A stretch of 64,000 bases of DNA, from contig JAVJNR010000005.1 of assembly GCA_040217195.1 (NCBI GenBank), forward strand, positions 160,001 through 224,000, given 5' to 3'. The number at the start of each line of letters is the position of its first letter. Position 1 is the first letter of the stretch. The notes under the pieces were generated by a model, which saw nothing but the letters and a program-made list of their open reading frames with translations, did no database searches and was not told the origin of the DNA. This DNA is from Leptospiraceae bacterium (GTDB lineage Bacteria; Spirochaetota; Leptospiria; Leptospirales; Leptonemataceae). This document shows, piece after piece, positions 1 to 10,114 of the stretch. The translations under genes and the position numbers were made by a program.

Positions 1-708
1 GAAACAAATAATTCCGATGACAAGGCCCCCCTCGCCGGCGAAAAACCCGAGCAGATCAATAATCGGCCACAGACTTATTCTGCCTGGCTGTTAAGTGCTT
101 CGGAAGATGAACGTAGCTTCCTATTTCCGGGAAAGGATACCAGTTATATCAGCATCATAGACCGGCAGGGTAATGCAATCTCATTGACGCCCAGTGACTT
201 TCCCATATCGCCTATGATTCCGGATACTGGATTAACTCTTGGAATTCGGATGACTCAGTTCAGCTTAAATGAGGAACATCCCTCTTCGCTGCAGCCCGGA
301 AAAAGGCCCAGGATTACTCCTCATGCAGTGATGGTTCTAAAAAATGGGAAGTTTTACATGAGCTGTGGCACTCCAGGAGGCGAAATGCAGACCCAGGCCA
401 CACTTCAATTTCTGCTAAACCATATATTGTTTGAAATGGATCCTCAGGATGCGGTCCAGGCCTTTCGATTCAGAAGTCGTAACTGGCCAGATGCATTCGC
501 TCCCCACGAATATCTGCCCCATACCATAGAAATCGAAGAGTCTCTTGCAAATCAGCTAAAGGAACCTCTGGAAAATAAAGGGTACGAGGTAAATGTTTTT
601 GAAGATTACAGAAAACGATTCGGCGCTGTAGGAGCGGCCATCAAGCTGGGCTCCCGCCTTGTGGGTGCTGCGGATCCACGCGAAGAGACCTGGGCTATGG
701 GAAAATGA
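1..708 (+). CDS. ggt: Gamma-glutamyltransferase family protein, 5'-truncated by window edge
   Basis: Frame 1 is open from base 1. It contains GKDTSYISIIDRQGNAISLT (catalytic Thr of the small subunit), PGKRPR, GTPGG and a C-terminal GAADPR. Confidence 0.85.
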   Translation, partial: ETNNSDDKAPLAGEKPEQINNRPQTYSAWLLSASEDERSFLFPGKDTSYISIIDRQGNAISLTPSDFPISPMIPDTGLTLGIRMTQFSLNEEHPSSLQPGKRPRITPHAVMVLKNGKFYMSCGTPGGEMQTQATLQFLLNHILFEMDPQDAVQAFRFRSRNWPDAFAPHEYLPHTIEIEESLANQLKEPLENKGYEVNVFEDYRKRFGAVGAAIKLGSRLVGAADPREETWAMGK

Positions 709-838
709 GCGCTCTATTGCTCCTTACATAATCTAACTGAATGGCAATGAATTCTCTGTCCGGAGCCAGCGTGCAGCTCTCGATTCTGAGAATTGGCCCG
801 GGTCAACCACAGGATGTTGGCCCAGGGCCTGGCGGACC

Positions 839-1876
839 TCAGTTTTTAGATGGGGCCAGAATTCTTCCAATGCGTTCCTGTCCTTTGAAAACATTCCAGT
901 CATCCCGAGCATTGAAATATAAAACCCACTCACCTGTGTCCAGCGCCCTGCAATCACAGGCATAGACATGGGATTTCATCCAACCATCGGTGGGTCGAAT
1001 CAATGGATCCATCATACCGTACTCCCAGTTCAGCCCGTCCATTGAAGTGAGCAAAAATAGGGCCGATCGACTGACCGTTTCGCTTGAAGCCCTTTTGCCG
1101 GTCTGCCTGGCATCTCCATCATAGGTTTGGACTTCCGCTGAAGATGCCTCCATGTGTGCATTCCTTTCAGCCGTTTCCAGGAAGATGCCATTCTGTAACC
1201 CGATCCATCCATCTTCCAGACCAAACACCTTGATGGATCCACATCCCATATTTCTGCCGGGAAGCTCTGGATCGGGCGAAAGTAAAGGGGCCGGCAAGCA
1301 CTTCCAGGGACCTTCCGGGTTTTCGGACTCAGCTATGCCAATGTAGGCAGGTTCGGAGAAGCCACAGTCCGGTACAAAAACCAGAGAGGCGCTATAGTAC
1401 ATTCTGAATCCGCCATTCAGCGGAACAACGCATGGATTACTAACAGATGCGCTCATGCGAAAGGCCCGATGCCAGGGCAATTCAGGTTTTATACAAGTTC
1501 GCGGCGAGGACCAATGGGTAAGATCGGTACTGGTTCTTACTTCGATTCTGGAATGCCAGGGCAATGGAAGCCAGGACAGGGGCATCAAAAAAGGCGGGTA
1601 TCGTTCATAATAAAGATAGTATAGATCGCCAAATCGCCGAATATATGGGCGCATCCCAAAACGAACAATCAGACCGCAATGTTTCCATTCCAGGCCGTCC
1701 ACCGACTGGAATCTATGGATCCCCCAGATTGTATGGGCAAACAATTGGAATAACCCATCCGGAGTCTCCGAGGGTAACAGGAAACTCGGGTCGGCCACTA
1801 CAGGAGAACGTGAGGGAGGCTCAATGAGCTTTTCCGGACTGGACCAATTCAGTGCCAGAAAATCCTTTACCTTCAT
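839..1876 (-). CDS. Putative five-bladed beta-propeller glycoside hydrolase (GH43/32/130-like)
   Basis: 345 aa with repeated propeller motifs: ADPSFL, SVDGLEW, STDLTHW, SNPCVV, SENPEGPW, SMDGLNW. Confidence 0.65.
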   Translation of the reverse strand: MKVKDFLALNWSSPEKLIEPPSRSPVVADPSFLLPSETPDGLFQLFAHTIWGIHRFQSVDGLEWKHCGLIVRFGMRPYIRRFGDLYYLYYERYPPFLMPLSWLPLPWHSRIEVRTSTDLTHWSSPRTCIKPELPWHRAFRMSASVSNPCVVPLNGGFRMYYSASLVFVPDCGFSEPAYIGIAESENPEGPWKCLPAPLLSPDPELPGRNMGCGSIKVFGLEDGWIGLQNGIFLETAERNAHMEASSAEVQTYDGDARQTGKRASSETVSRSALFLLTSMDGLNWEYGMMDPLIRPTDGWMKSHVYACDCRALDTGEWVLYFNARDDWNVFKGQERIGRILAPSKN

Positions 1877-1918
1877 TTCAAGAAATGCTCCGATTCAAAG
1901 AACCTTCCTGCCCGGTCT

Positions 1919-3439
1919 CTAGCCGAACAGTACGCTGATCACTTTGCGAAAAAGCTTCTGGGTTCCCTGGCTGTAAGGAAACCACCAGAGTTCTTTCTTC
2001 AAGCCCAGTCGATCCCTGAGCACAGATTGCATATTTGTAAAGGCACGAAGGCCTTCTTTGCCATACACGCGTCCTATTCCGCTTTCTTTGACTCCGCCAA
2101 AGGGAAGATCGGACATGATGTAGTTTGCATCCACATCGTTGATGCAAACAGCACCGCTTTTTACGCTTCTGGCCACTCTCTTTGCCTTTTTACCATTTCT
2201 AGTCCATACGGAAGCATTTAATCCAAAGGCTGTGGAGTTCGCCAGGTTAATGGCTTCTTCCTCGGTGGTAAATCTCTGCAATGCAATGACCGGTCCAAAG
2301 GTTTCATCCTTCCAGATCTTCATATCCGATGTGACTTCAGTGACAAGTGCTGGTTTCATGAACAGTCCATCAAAATCATCATGACGACCGCCTTCCAGCA
2401 TTAGATGTGCTCCTTTCTGCTTCGCATCCTCCAGATGTTCCTGTACTATGCCTACCTGCTTTTCGAATGTCATGGAACCCAGGCTGGGAAAATCCTGACG
2501 AAATCCCTGACGCGTTTCCTTTAGTTTGTCTGCCACCATCTGAGCAAATTTATCATGAATGCTTGCTTCCACCAGGACTCGCTCCACACTGATGCAGGTC
2601 TGTCCGGAATTTGAGTAGCCGCCCCAGATTGCTGCGTTCACGGCTCGCTGGAGATTCGCATCCGAGAAAATTACCATGGGATCTTTTCCACCCAGCTCCA
2701 GGATCACAGGTTTTAACATACGGCCACAGATTTCGCCGATCTTTCGACCGGTGGCTGTGGAGCCGGTAAAACAAATCATATCTGTATCTGGATGTTCTAC
2801 AAGTGCAGAACCTGTGGATCCATCACCGGTGGCCACAAGCAATGCATCGTCTGGAATACCGGCTTCCAGGGCCAGCTCCTTGAGCTTCAATGTGGTAGAA
2901 GGAGTTACTTCCGATGGTTTTACGATTACTGTATTTCCGGCCATCAAAGCCTGGAGAACAGGTCCAGCTGTTAATATAAATGGATAATTCCAGGGGCTGA
3001 TAACACCCACAACGCCTCTGGGCTGAAAATTAGTATAGGCTGCCTTCCAGACAAATACTCCGGTGCTTCTCTTCTCCGGTTTCAGGTATTTAGGACCTTT
3101 CTTTCTGAAATAGTTCAAATGCTCTGAGACGGTGAATACCTCCAGAATTCCGTCCATTTCAGTCTTACCGGTTTCTTCGCAAACTGCATGGGCAATTTCA
3201 TCCATCTTCGCCACAATTAGCTTTTGCAGCTTTTTTAGTATTTTGGCCCGCTGTTTGAGACTGAGGGCACTCCAGGACCCGAAGGCAATGCGAGATCTCT
3301 TAACAAGTTGATCAACTTCCGCAGCAGTAAAGACTGGAACATCGGCTATCAGTTCCATGGTGGCCGGATTCATATTGGGAATCGTTCGTCGGTTTCCGTT
3401 CTGCATTTCTGCGATGGCCGGGCTCTGTGTGGTTTGCAT
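1919..3439 (-). CDS. NAD(P)-dependent aldehyde dehydrogenase
   Basis: ISPWNYP, KPSE, FTGSTATG, LELGGKD (catalytic Glu), NSGQTC (catalytic Cys), ETFGP, PFGGVKESG. Confidence 0.95.
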   Translation of the reverse strand: MQTTQSPAIAEMQNGNRRTIPNMNPATMELIADVPVFTAAEVDQLVKRSRIAFGSWSALSLKQRAKILKKLQKLIVAKMDEIAHAVCEETGKTEMDGILEVFTVSEHLNYFRKKGPKYLKPEKRSTGVFVWKAAYTNFQPRGVVGVISPWNYPFILTAGPVLQALMAGNTVIVKPSEVTPSTTLKLKELALEAGIPDDALLVATGDGSTGSALVEHPDTDMICFTGSTATGRKIGEICGRMLKPVILELGGKDPMVIFSDANLQRAVNAAIWGGYSNSGQTCISVERVLVEASIHDKFAQMVADKLKETRQGFRQDFPSLGSMTFEKQVGIVQEHLEDAKQKGAHLMLEGGRHDDFDGLFMKPALVTEVTSDMKIWKDETFGPVIALQRFTTEEEAINLANSTAFGLNASVWTRNGKKAKRVARSVKSGAVCINDVDANYIMSDLPFGGVKESGIGRVYGKEGLRAFTNMQSVLRDRLGLKKELWWFPYSQGTQKLFRKVISVLFG

Positions 3440-3470
3440 ACAGCAAACCTACGGTATGTCAGAAAAAAGA

Positions 3471-5054
3471 TCAACGAAAAAGAGAACGAATTACTCCCAT
3501 TTCCCGGTTCCGCATTAATATGGCAATGAGCAGATAAATGGCTCCCCCTATGCCAATTGGAATAAAAACCACCGGCCAGACACGGTTCAGATCTGCAAGA
3601 CTGCTACGAATCATGTCAGAATCACCTAGCTGCCAGAAATCCAGGCCAGACAGGAAGAAAAGGGTCAGCGCTACAACACCGGCCAGGGCAATCCACATAG
3701 GAAGCAATGCCTGAATTCTAGCTAATAGATCGCCCCAGGGAATTCTGTGAATTTTCCTTCGTAAGAAGTAAAGCAGAGCCATACAGTTCAGAAACGATGT
3801 GGTAGTTGTGCTCAGTGCCAGTGCGCCATGGGCCAGAAATGGAATTAATATTAGATTCAAACTAAGGTTCACTGCCACCGTTGCAGCTAGAATTCTTACA
3901 GGTGTTTTCGTGTCCTGATAGGCGAAGAAGCTGGAGGTCAGGATTCGATTCATACTGTAAAAGGGCACTCCAATGCAATAGAATTGAAGTGCATGCCAGG
4001 TGGTCAGTGTGGAATCCACCGTCCACTCACCGCCGCTGAACAATAGGTGAATAATAAATGGTCCGAGAAGATAGAGCCCCAGGCCGGCCGGTACAGTCAA
4101 AAATAGAGAAAAGGAAATGGCACTGACAAGTTCCTGTCCATTGTCATCGCTGCCATCTGATTTCATGGCAGCTACTAGAGTGGGCAGAATGGCGGTGGAA
4201 AGTGCCACACCAATGATTCCGGTGGGTAACTGAATCAAACGATGCGCGAATCGCAGTCCAGGTATGGCTCCAGTATCATCGATTAAATAGCTGGCCAGAA
4301 CAATGTCCATCAACTGGTTGATGTGAAACAAACTGGCCCCCAGAACAGCCGGAGCCATTAGAGTCAGTACCTTTCGCAATGCGGGATGCTTCCAGGCCAA
4401 TTTCAGTCGCGGCCACCATCCATGAAAATATACATAACCTGCCTGCAATAGAATCTGGAGTAAGCCTCCTCCCAGCACAATCCAGGCCAGCGCAGACGCA
4501 TTTCCTTCCTGGCTCATATCCAGAGGTCGCAAGATTAGAAAACCTGCAATGAATACCAGATTCAATAGTATAGGCGAAAGGGCCGGAAAGGAGAAATGCT
4601 GATGCGTCTGTGCAATGCCACTTAAAATGGCTGTAAGGCTGGCAGAAAGTATGAATCCGAATAAAACCTGACTCAAATAGATTTCCAATCCGGCCTGATT
4701 CGGATCCTGATCCACATAAACAGGAATAAAGAATGGAAAAATCAGGATGGCTGTGGCCACCAGTCCAGTGAGAAATAGAGCCAGTACAGCAATGACAGCT
4801 CCGGCCGCTTCCTTTCCCTTTTCTTCTCCTTCTTTCAGTGCCGCGCCATAAATGGGAATGAAAGCCTGGGATAACACACCCTCGGCCAGCAGGTTGCGAA
4901 GCATGTTCGGCAACATGTACGCGATTTCCCAGGCGGCCGCCACAGCACCGGTGCCAAAAAAGGTTGCTTGAAAGTGATCTCGCACCAATCCCAGGACCCG
5001 GGATAGCATCGTAAAAAAAGAGAGTTTAAGCGAATTGCGGGCCGTGCGGCTCAT
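3471..5054 (-). CDS. murJ: Lipid II flippase MurJ
   Basis: SRVLGLVRD, LPNMLRNLLAEG, RLIQLP and FFAYQDTKTP motifs, with many TM helices. Confidence 0.95.
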   Translation of the reverse strand: MSRTARNSLKLSFFTMLSRVLGLVRDHFQATFFGTGAVAAAWEIAYMLPNMLRNLLAEGVLSQAFIPIYGAALKEGEEKGKEAAGAVIAVLALFLTGLVATAILIFPFFIPVYVDQDPNQAGLEIYLSQVLFGFILSASLTAILSGIAQTHQHFSFPALSPILLNLVFIAGFLILRPLDMSQEGNASALAWIVLGGGLLQILLQAGYVYFHGWWPRLKLAWKHPALRKVLTLMAPAVLGASLFHINQLMDIVLASYLIDDTGAIPGLRFAHRLIQLPTGIIGVALSTAILPTLVAAMKSDGSDDNGQELVSAISFSLFLTVPAGLGLYLLGPFIIHLLFSGGEWTVDSTLTTWHALQFYCIGVPFYSMNRILTSSFFAYQDTKTPVRILAATVAVNLSLNLILIPFLAHGALALSTTTTSFLNCMALLYFLRRKIHRIPWGDLLARIQALLPMWIALAGVVALTLFFLSGLDFWQLGDSDMIRSSLADLNRVWPVVFIPIGIGGAIYLLIAILMRNREMGVIRSLFR

Positions 5055-6049
5055 TAAGTGGCAAGTTTTTCATAGTAGGATGTAGATCCATCCGTTTCCA
5101 CTTCGAATTCGATTTTACAGGCCGGGCAGAGATGCCTTCCCGCATGATAGATTCGCAACTTGCTACCACATTGTTCGCATTCCAGGATTCGGTTCATCTC
5201 GGCCGGCTGGCTGCCGGACATTTGAGCGGAAGCGGATACACCGGACCGTCCGGACATGGCTGCTGACGCCTGATGCTTCATACTGGCTACCGGAACTTCT
5301 GCCGGTCCTCGTGCCCCCGGCCTGGGGACTCCCTTGTCCCTGTTGCGGGAAGAACCGGATAGTTTAGAAGTGGCAGACAAATCAAAACTGCGAGTATCCT
5401 CACCGGATTTTTCCGAGCGGGAACGAACAGCACGATCTTTTTCAAATTCTTCCTTCAGCGAATGCTCCGTTCTCTGAAGATCCTCCATAGTTTTTCCCAG
5501 GCTCTTTAAATGCCTGGTAAGACCGTCCAGAGTTTCGGAAAGTCTTCCCATTGATTGACCCATCTGGAATGCATCGTCCGTGTGAGCCCCTGCAGAGGCC
5601 GACCCGGAGGAACTGGAAGCCATACCTGACGGAGGAAGAATGCCGCCTTTAACTCCAGTCGAGCGATCTGCGCTATCTGATCTTTCCTGATAGGTTCCAG
5701 GCTGCATGGAGTATTGCTCCACCACGTCCAGAGGTTGCACCGCTTCTGGCATAGCAGCTCGCATTTCATGCTCGGATGGATACACCGGAATGTGCCTGGA
5801 GATACCCAGGAAATCGAGCATCATACCCACTTCCTGGGATGGACTTAGAATTCCAAGTTTAAGGTTACGTTCCCTGGCTTTCTGACTGACCCTGAGAAAG
5901 GAAGCCACTCCGGCGCTGGTCATATATTTAAGACCGGAAAAATCCAGTCCGATGGGTTCGCGATGCTCTCGCAATAAATCCATCAAACTGCGTTCAAATC
6001 TGTGTCCGGTGGTGGAATCCAGCACTCCTCTAATTGCCAGTATTTTCAT
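5054..6049 (-). CDS. STAS (anti-sigma factor antagonist) domain protein with C-terminal Zn ribbon
   Basis: N-terminal GVLDSTTG..LDFSGLKYMTSAGV (STAS), a low-complexity linker, and C-terminal CEQC...CPAC. Confidence 0.8.
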   Translation of the reverse strand: MKILAIRGVLDSTTGHRFERSLMDLLREHREPIGLDFSGLKYMTSAGVASFLRVSQKARERNLKLGILSPSQEVGMMLDFLGISRHIPVYPSEHEMRAAMPEAVQPLDVVEQYSMQPGTYQERSDSADRSTGVKGGILPPSGMASSSSGSASAGAHTDDAFQMGQSMGRLSETLDGLTRHLKSLGKTMEDLQRTEHSLKEEFEKDRAVRSRSEKSGEDTRSFDLSATSKLSGSSRNRDKGVPRPGARGPAEVPVASMKHQASAAMSGRSGVSASAQMSGSQPAEMNRILECEQCGSKLRIYHAGRHLCPACKIEFEVETDGSTSYYEKLAT

Positions 6050-7104
6050 CCATGATCTCCATTCTTCAGTGGGATGGCATCCAGAATGTCTCTGTCAATA
6101 ACCCGGGGCGGTTCGTAAGCTGTGTCTTCCATTGTTTGACTGCGCTGGGATGGTGGCCTTCGATTCGCCGCAGGCTGATTCCCGGGAAACTCCGGCCAGG
6201 TCTCGGTTTCGCCGGGAACGGAAGTGGGATTCCCCTCGCCCCAGGCACCTGGTACAGGAATGCTCTGCGCTTCTGCTTCAAATGACTCGTCTCCAAAACC
6301 TGCCTCTTGCAGATCATGACTTCGATCCTGGAAAGAGCCATGGTCGGCTCCGCCGGAAGCCTGTACGATTGATGAATCCTTGCGACGACCAAAGATTGTG
6401 AGTGCAAGCAATATGCTGAGAATAAAAGTTAGCGCTCCGTACGCAATCAGGCTGTAGGTAATGGTTCGCAGCACGTTTTGCCAGTATAGATTGAGAATAT
6501 TTTCAATACCATCGTTTCGCAAAAATACATGCAGACTACCGGAAGGCACATCTGCATCCGGCAAATAGACTGCATAAGCAACATGGAAACTGTTGGCGCG
6601 CAGATCGGGAATATATCTTTCCAGTAGAGGTATCAGAGATGCAAGCGGTGCGTCCGGACGATAGTTTGTCCTTCCGGTTACTTCAAGATTCAGTGGATAA
6701 CGCCGGGCATTTAGAAGTACATCTTTGTATTTTTCCTCTGGATAGGTAATTCCAGAATCCTGAGCCACGCTGGCCACGTCATTATGAGCCAGCACTCGAC
6801 CTTCCAGGTCGATTAAGAAGGTTTTCTCTACTACAAATCCTCTGGCCGCCTCCTGAGAGTCCTGCACCAGCTGCTTCATGGTTTCACATAAGCTTACCAG
6901 AGCTTCAGAGCTTGTGGCCTCGGATGCCTGGGCTCCCAGAGCCACCGTAAGCTGGCTGGCCCGACTTCTAGCTTGATTCTGGACTTCGCCCACCATCTCG
7001 GCTCCATCACGATAAATAAAATAGCCCGCCGGGATCATTCCCACAAGGAGCATCACTGAAATGAGGAAGGATCCTCCGAGCCATTTGAACATTCGGGCAG
7101 CCAT
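6046..7104 (-). CDS. Hypothetical inner-membrane protein (2 TM, periplasmic Cache-like region, acidic/Pro tail)
   Basis: Two hydrophobic segments flank about 180 aa containing FLIDLEGRVLAH. The stop overlaps the next start (ATGA). Confidence 0.6.
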   Translation of the reverse strand: MAARMFKWLGGSFLISVMLLVGMIPAGYFIYRDGAEMVGEVQNQARSRASQLTVALGAQASEATSSEALVSLCETMKQLVQDSQEAARGFVVEKTFLIDLEGRVLAHNDVASVAQDSGITYPEEKYKDVLLNARRYPLNLEVTGRTNYRPDAPLASLIPLLERYIPDLRANSFHVAYAVYLPDADVPSGSLHVFLRNDGIENILNLYWQNVLRTITYSLIAYGALTFILSILLALTIFGRRKDSSIVQASGGADHGSFQDRSHDLQEAGFGDESFEAEAQSIPVPGAWGEGNPTSVPGETETWPEFPGNQPAANRRPPSQRSQTMEDTAYEPPRVIDRDILDAIPLKNGDHG

Positions 7105-7192
7105 AGTCTTTACTATGATCGGCCAGTTACCCCCCCAAATGTGAAAAGAATTTGCCAGGAAATCTGCCTTTCAGAAAATCAACTCCCGTTGC

Positions 7193-8155
7193 ATGGAAAA
7201 ATTCCGAAGCTGGATTCCGCACGGTTTCGACTACCTTTCTCCCGAAGAAATCAAGATTCTTCGCCGCCTGCAGGCAAAAAGCCGGGAATGCTTTGAAAAG
7301 GAAGGTTTCACCGAGATCATACCACCTGGCATTGATTATGCCGGGGCTTTTGCTATAACCGGACGAAATGCGGTTCCGGATCGAATATTCGAATTTAGAG
7401 ATTCCGCAGGAGAAATACTCTCGGTGCGCTCGGATCTTACAGTGCAGGTAATCAAAGCAGTCTCTTCAGGCAGGGCCGGCACCACCATTCCCGCTGATTT
7501 ATTCTATGTGCAGCCAGTATTTATAGATGCAGGAAAAGGAAGCGGCGCTTCCCGAGAGATCTATCAGGCTGGAGTGGAGATGATCGGCTCCGACGGCAAT
7601 GACTATTCGGACCGGGTGCATAGGCTTGTGCAGCTGGCCAGAACCGTTTTACATGAACTGGCACCCGGAGCTCGTTTTATCTATGGAGATGCTCGATTTC
7701 TGGAAATACTATTCAACGGCATAGATTCCCTGGTACGCCGGGAATTATCCGAAGCTTTCTATAAGAAGGATCGTAGAAAGATTCAGGAACTCTGCGAGCA
7801 ATCGGATGTTTCCTCAGATCGGGCTTTTATTCTATCCGAAATGCCTCACATTTTTGGAGGAACTGAATGCCTGGATGAACTGGAACAACTATGCGCCAGC
7901 GAACCAGGCCTTTTACTACTGCTAAAAGAAGCCAGGAGTGTTGAAGGGGTGGTCTTTGACTTCAGCCTGGTCCGAGAGCTAAGCTACTATGATGGACCAG
8001 TTATAGAAGCCTTCTTGCCAGGGCATACAGATCGCATCCTGTCTGGCGGACTCTACGATAGTCTGGCACGCGAATTTTCGGCAAAGACTTTGCCTGCGGC
8101 GGGATTTGCAGTGCATCTATCCGAATTGATTCGCGCTGAAAAGGTAAAATCATAG
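7193..8155 (+). CDS. hisZ: ATP phosphoribosyltransferase regulatory subunit
   Basis: HisRS-like motifs VRSDLTVQV, REIYQAGVE, LSYYDG, SGGLYD and PAAGFA; no anticodon-binding domain; lies upstream of purA. Confidence 0.85.
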   Translation: MEKFRSWIPHGFDYLSPEEIKILRRLQAKSRECFEKEGFTEIIPPGIDYAGAFAITGRNAVPDRIFEFRDSAGEILSVRSDLTVQVIKAVSSGRAGTTIPADLFYVQPVFIDAGKGSGASREIYQAGVEMIGSDGNDYSDRVHRLVQLARTVLHELAPGARFIYGDARFLEILFNGIDSLVRRELSEAFYKKDRRKIQELCEQSDVSSDRAFILSEMPHIFGGTECLDELEQLCASEPGLLLLLKEARSVEGVVFDFSLVRELSYYDGPVIEAFLPGHTDRILSGGLYDSLAREFSAKTLPAAGFAVHLSELIRAEKVKS

Positions 8156-8310
8156 GATTATCATTATTCTGTCTGGATTGGCCAGGCAACCAATAGAATT
8201 AGACTGGCAGCTGAGTTTTTGAAAGATGAATACATTCAGACTACCGCCTTACTAAGGCAATTGAGGCAAGTTTTCAAAGTACGCATTTCTATTATTTGAG
8301 GGGAAGAAAA

Positions 8311-9573
8311 ATGAGCGCAACCATAGTTGTAGGAACCCAGTGGGGCGATGAGGGAAAAGCCAAGGTAATCGATTATCTTAGCGAAAATATTGATATCATT
8401 GTCCGTTATCAGGGAGGCGCCAATGCAGGACATACTGTAAAAGTGGGCGATGAAACTTACGTTTTTCATCTAATTCCCAGCGGCATTCTGTATCCAGACA
8501 CAATGTGCGTCATTGGTAACGGTGTTGTACTGGATCCGGTGGCATTCGAAGAGGAAATTGAAGGTCTGAAGAGACGAGGTATCGATGCAATCGGTCGCAT
8601 TCGAGTCTCGGATGCCTGCCACATTGTACTGCCTGTACATCGCACCATCGACTCACTGAGAGAAGCAAGCGCGGGCGGAAATAAAATAGGTACCACCAAA
8701 CGTGGCATAGGCATATGTTATGCAGACAAAACCATGCGAGTGGGCCTTCGCGTAGGTGATCTCTACGGCAAACTGGAAGACCGGTTGAAGCATATCCTGG
8801 AAATGAAAAACCGGGAGCTTACGGAAATCTACGGTGAGCCAGCCATGGAATTTCAACCACTCTACGATAGCTTGAAGGAGTTTAGTGAGCGAATCAAACC
8901 ATGCGTAATGAATACATCTGTGTATCTGAACAATGAACTGAATGCTGGCAAGACTGTCCTTCTGGAAGGAGCCCAGGGAACAGCTCTGGATATTGATTTT
9001 GGCACCTATCCCTATGTAACGTCCTCCAATACAACCACCGGCGGCGCCATAAGTGGAAGCGGAATCTCTTTTCAGCACATTAACGAGGTCTATGGAATCT
9101 GCAAAGCCTATGTCACTCGCGTGGGCGAAGGGCCCTTTCCTACGGAATTGCATGGAGAAGAAGGTGAGCATCTGCGTAAACTGGGAGGGGAAATTGGAGC
9201 TACTACAGGTCGGCCTCGTCGCTGCGGTTGGTTCGACGTTGAATTGCTTCGACATGCAGCCCGGGTAAATGGATTAACCGGACTTGTTTTGACCAAACTG
9301 GATGTACTTTCGGATTACGATACACTTCCTCTAGGCCATGCCTATAAAAGGGATGGCCAGACCCTGGAAGCTTTTCCAGCCTGCGGCCTGGATGAAATTG
9401 AAGTAGAATATGAAAACATGCCGGGTTGGAAAACAGACATTTCCGGAGCCAGAAGCTGGAATGACCTTCCGGGAAATTGCAAGAATTACGTAGAAGCCAT
9501 TGCAAAGTGGACCGGTGTACCCGTAAAATTCATCTCGGTGGGACCTGGCAGAGATCAGACCATCGTATTGTAG
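8311..9573 (+). CDS. purA: Adenylosuccinate synthetase
   Basis: QWGDEGKAK, GGANAGHT, EGAQG, GTYPYVTSS, TTGRPRRCGWFD. ATG at 8311 follows GAGGGG. Confidence 0.98.
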   Translation: MSATIVVGTQWGDEGKAKVIDYLSENIDIIVRYQGGANAGHTVKVGDETYVFHLIPSGILYPDTMCVIGNGVVLDPVAFEEEIEGLKRRGIDAIGRIRVSDACHIVLPVHRTIDSLREASAGGNKIGTTKRGIGICYADKTMRVGLRVGDLYGKLEDRLKHILEMKNRELTEIYGEPAMEFQPLYDSLKEFSERIKPCVMNTSVYLNNELNAGKTVLLEGAQGTALDIDFGTYPYVTSSNTTTGGAISGSGISFQHINEVYGICKAYVTRVGEGPFPTELHGEEGEHLRKLGGEIGATTGRPRRCGWFDVELLRHAARVNGLTGLVLTKLDVLSDYDTLPLGHAYKRDGQTLEAFPACGLDEIEVEYENMPGWKTDISGARSWNDLPGNCKNYVEAIAKWTGVPVKFISVGPGRDQTIVL

Positions 9574-9596
9574 ATCGGTACAATTGATTGAAACTG

Positions 9597-9629
9597 AAAA
9601 GCAGGCAGAGGGATCCTGCCCTGCCTGCT
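9597..9629 (-). terminator. Intrinsic terminator-like hairpin between convergent purA and snoaL
   Basis: 9-bp stem AGCAGGCAG (9600-9608) / CTGCCTGCT (9621-9629). The adjacent A-run gives a short U tail on the minus strand. Confidence 0.55.
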
Positions 9630-9672
9630 GAATCAATTCAGAATTACTTTCGCCTGGCGAAAGCAGATTTAC

Positions 9673-10047
9673 TTAGCTTCCATAGTAGAAACGTTCATGC
9701 ACAATCTTTCCGTTCTTCCATCGCTGCAATGAGACCTGATGATAGTTACGAGTGCCCCATTCTCTATGGTCATAGTCGTAATGCCATTCAATAGCCACTG
9801 TATCTGCACCAATGGAAAGTGATTTCACTTCCGCCTTTCGAAAGTCCTGGATATTTCGCAGAAATTCTTCTTCTCTGAGTCGATTCGCCTCTTTACCAAC
9901 CGTAGGTTCCATTTCATTTTCCTGCATGATGGCATCCTCGGAGTAAAACTCGTCCAGTGCGGCGATAATTTCGCCTCTGCGTTGCATCTCAATATATGCC
10001 TGAACCTTTTCTGCCAGTTCTTCATTCCTGTTGATAGAGCTTTTCAT
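9673..10047 (-). CDS. SnoaL/NTF2-like domain protein
   Basis: ALDEFYSEDAIMQE ... QRWKNGKIVHERFYY; AAGGAGG Shine-Dalgarno upstream. Confidence 0.85.
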   Translation of the reverse strand: MKSSINRNEELAEKVQAYIEMQRRGEIIAALDEFYSEDAIMQENEMEPTVGKEANRLREEEFLRNIQDFRKAEVKSLSIGADTVAIEWHYDYDHREWGTRNYHQVSLQRWKNGKIVHERFYYGS

Positions 10048-10114
10048 AGCTTCCTCCTTTCATGTTGATTATCTATCCAGTGTCCTTTGCTCACCGAGAG
10101 CATTGCTTCGCGAT

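Noticed and set aside
8653..9255. 200-aa antisense ORF in purA, and similar shadow ORFs (e.g. 43817-44383, 45739-46299)
   Set aside because: Fully nested opposite conserved genes, with no motifs.
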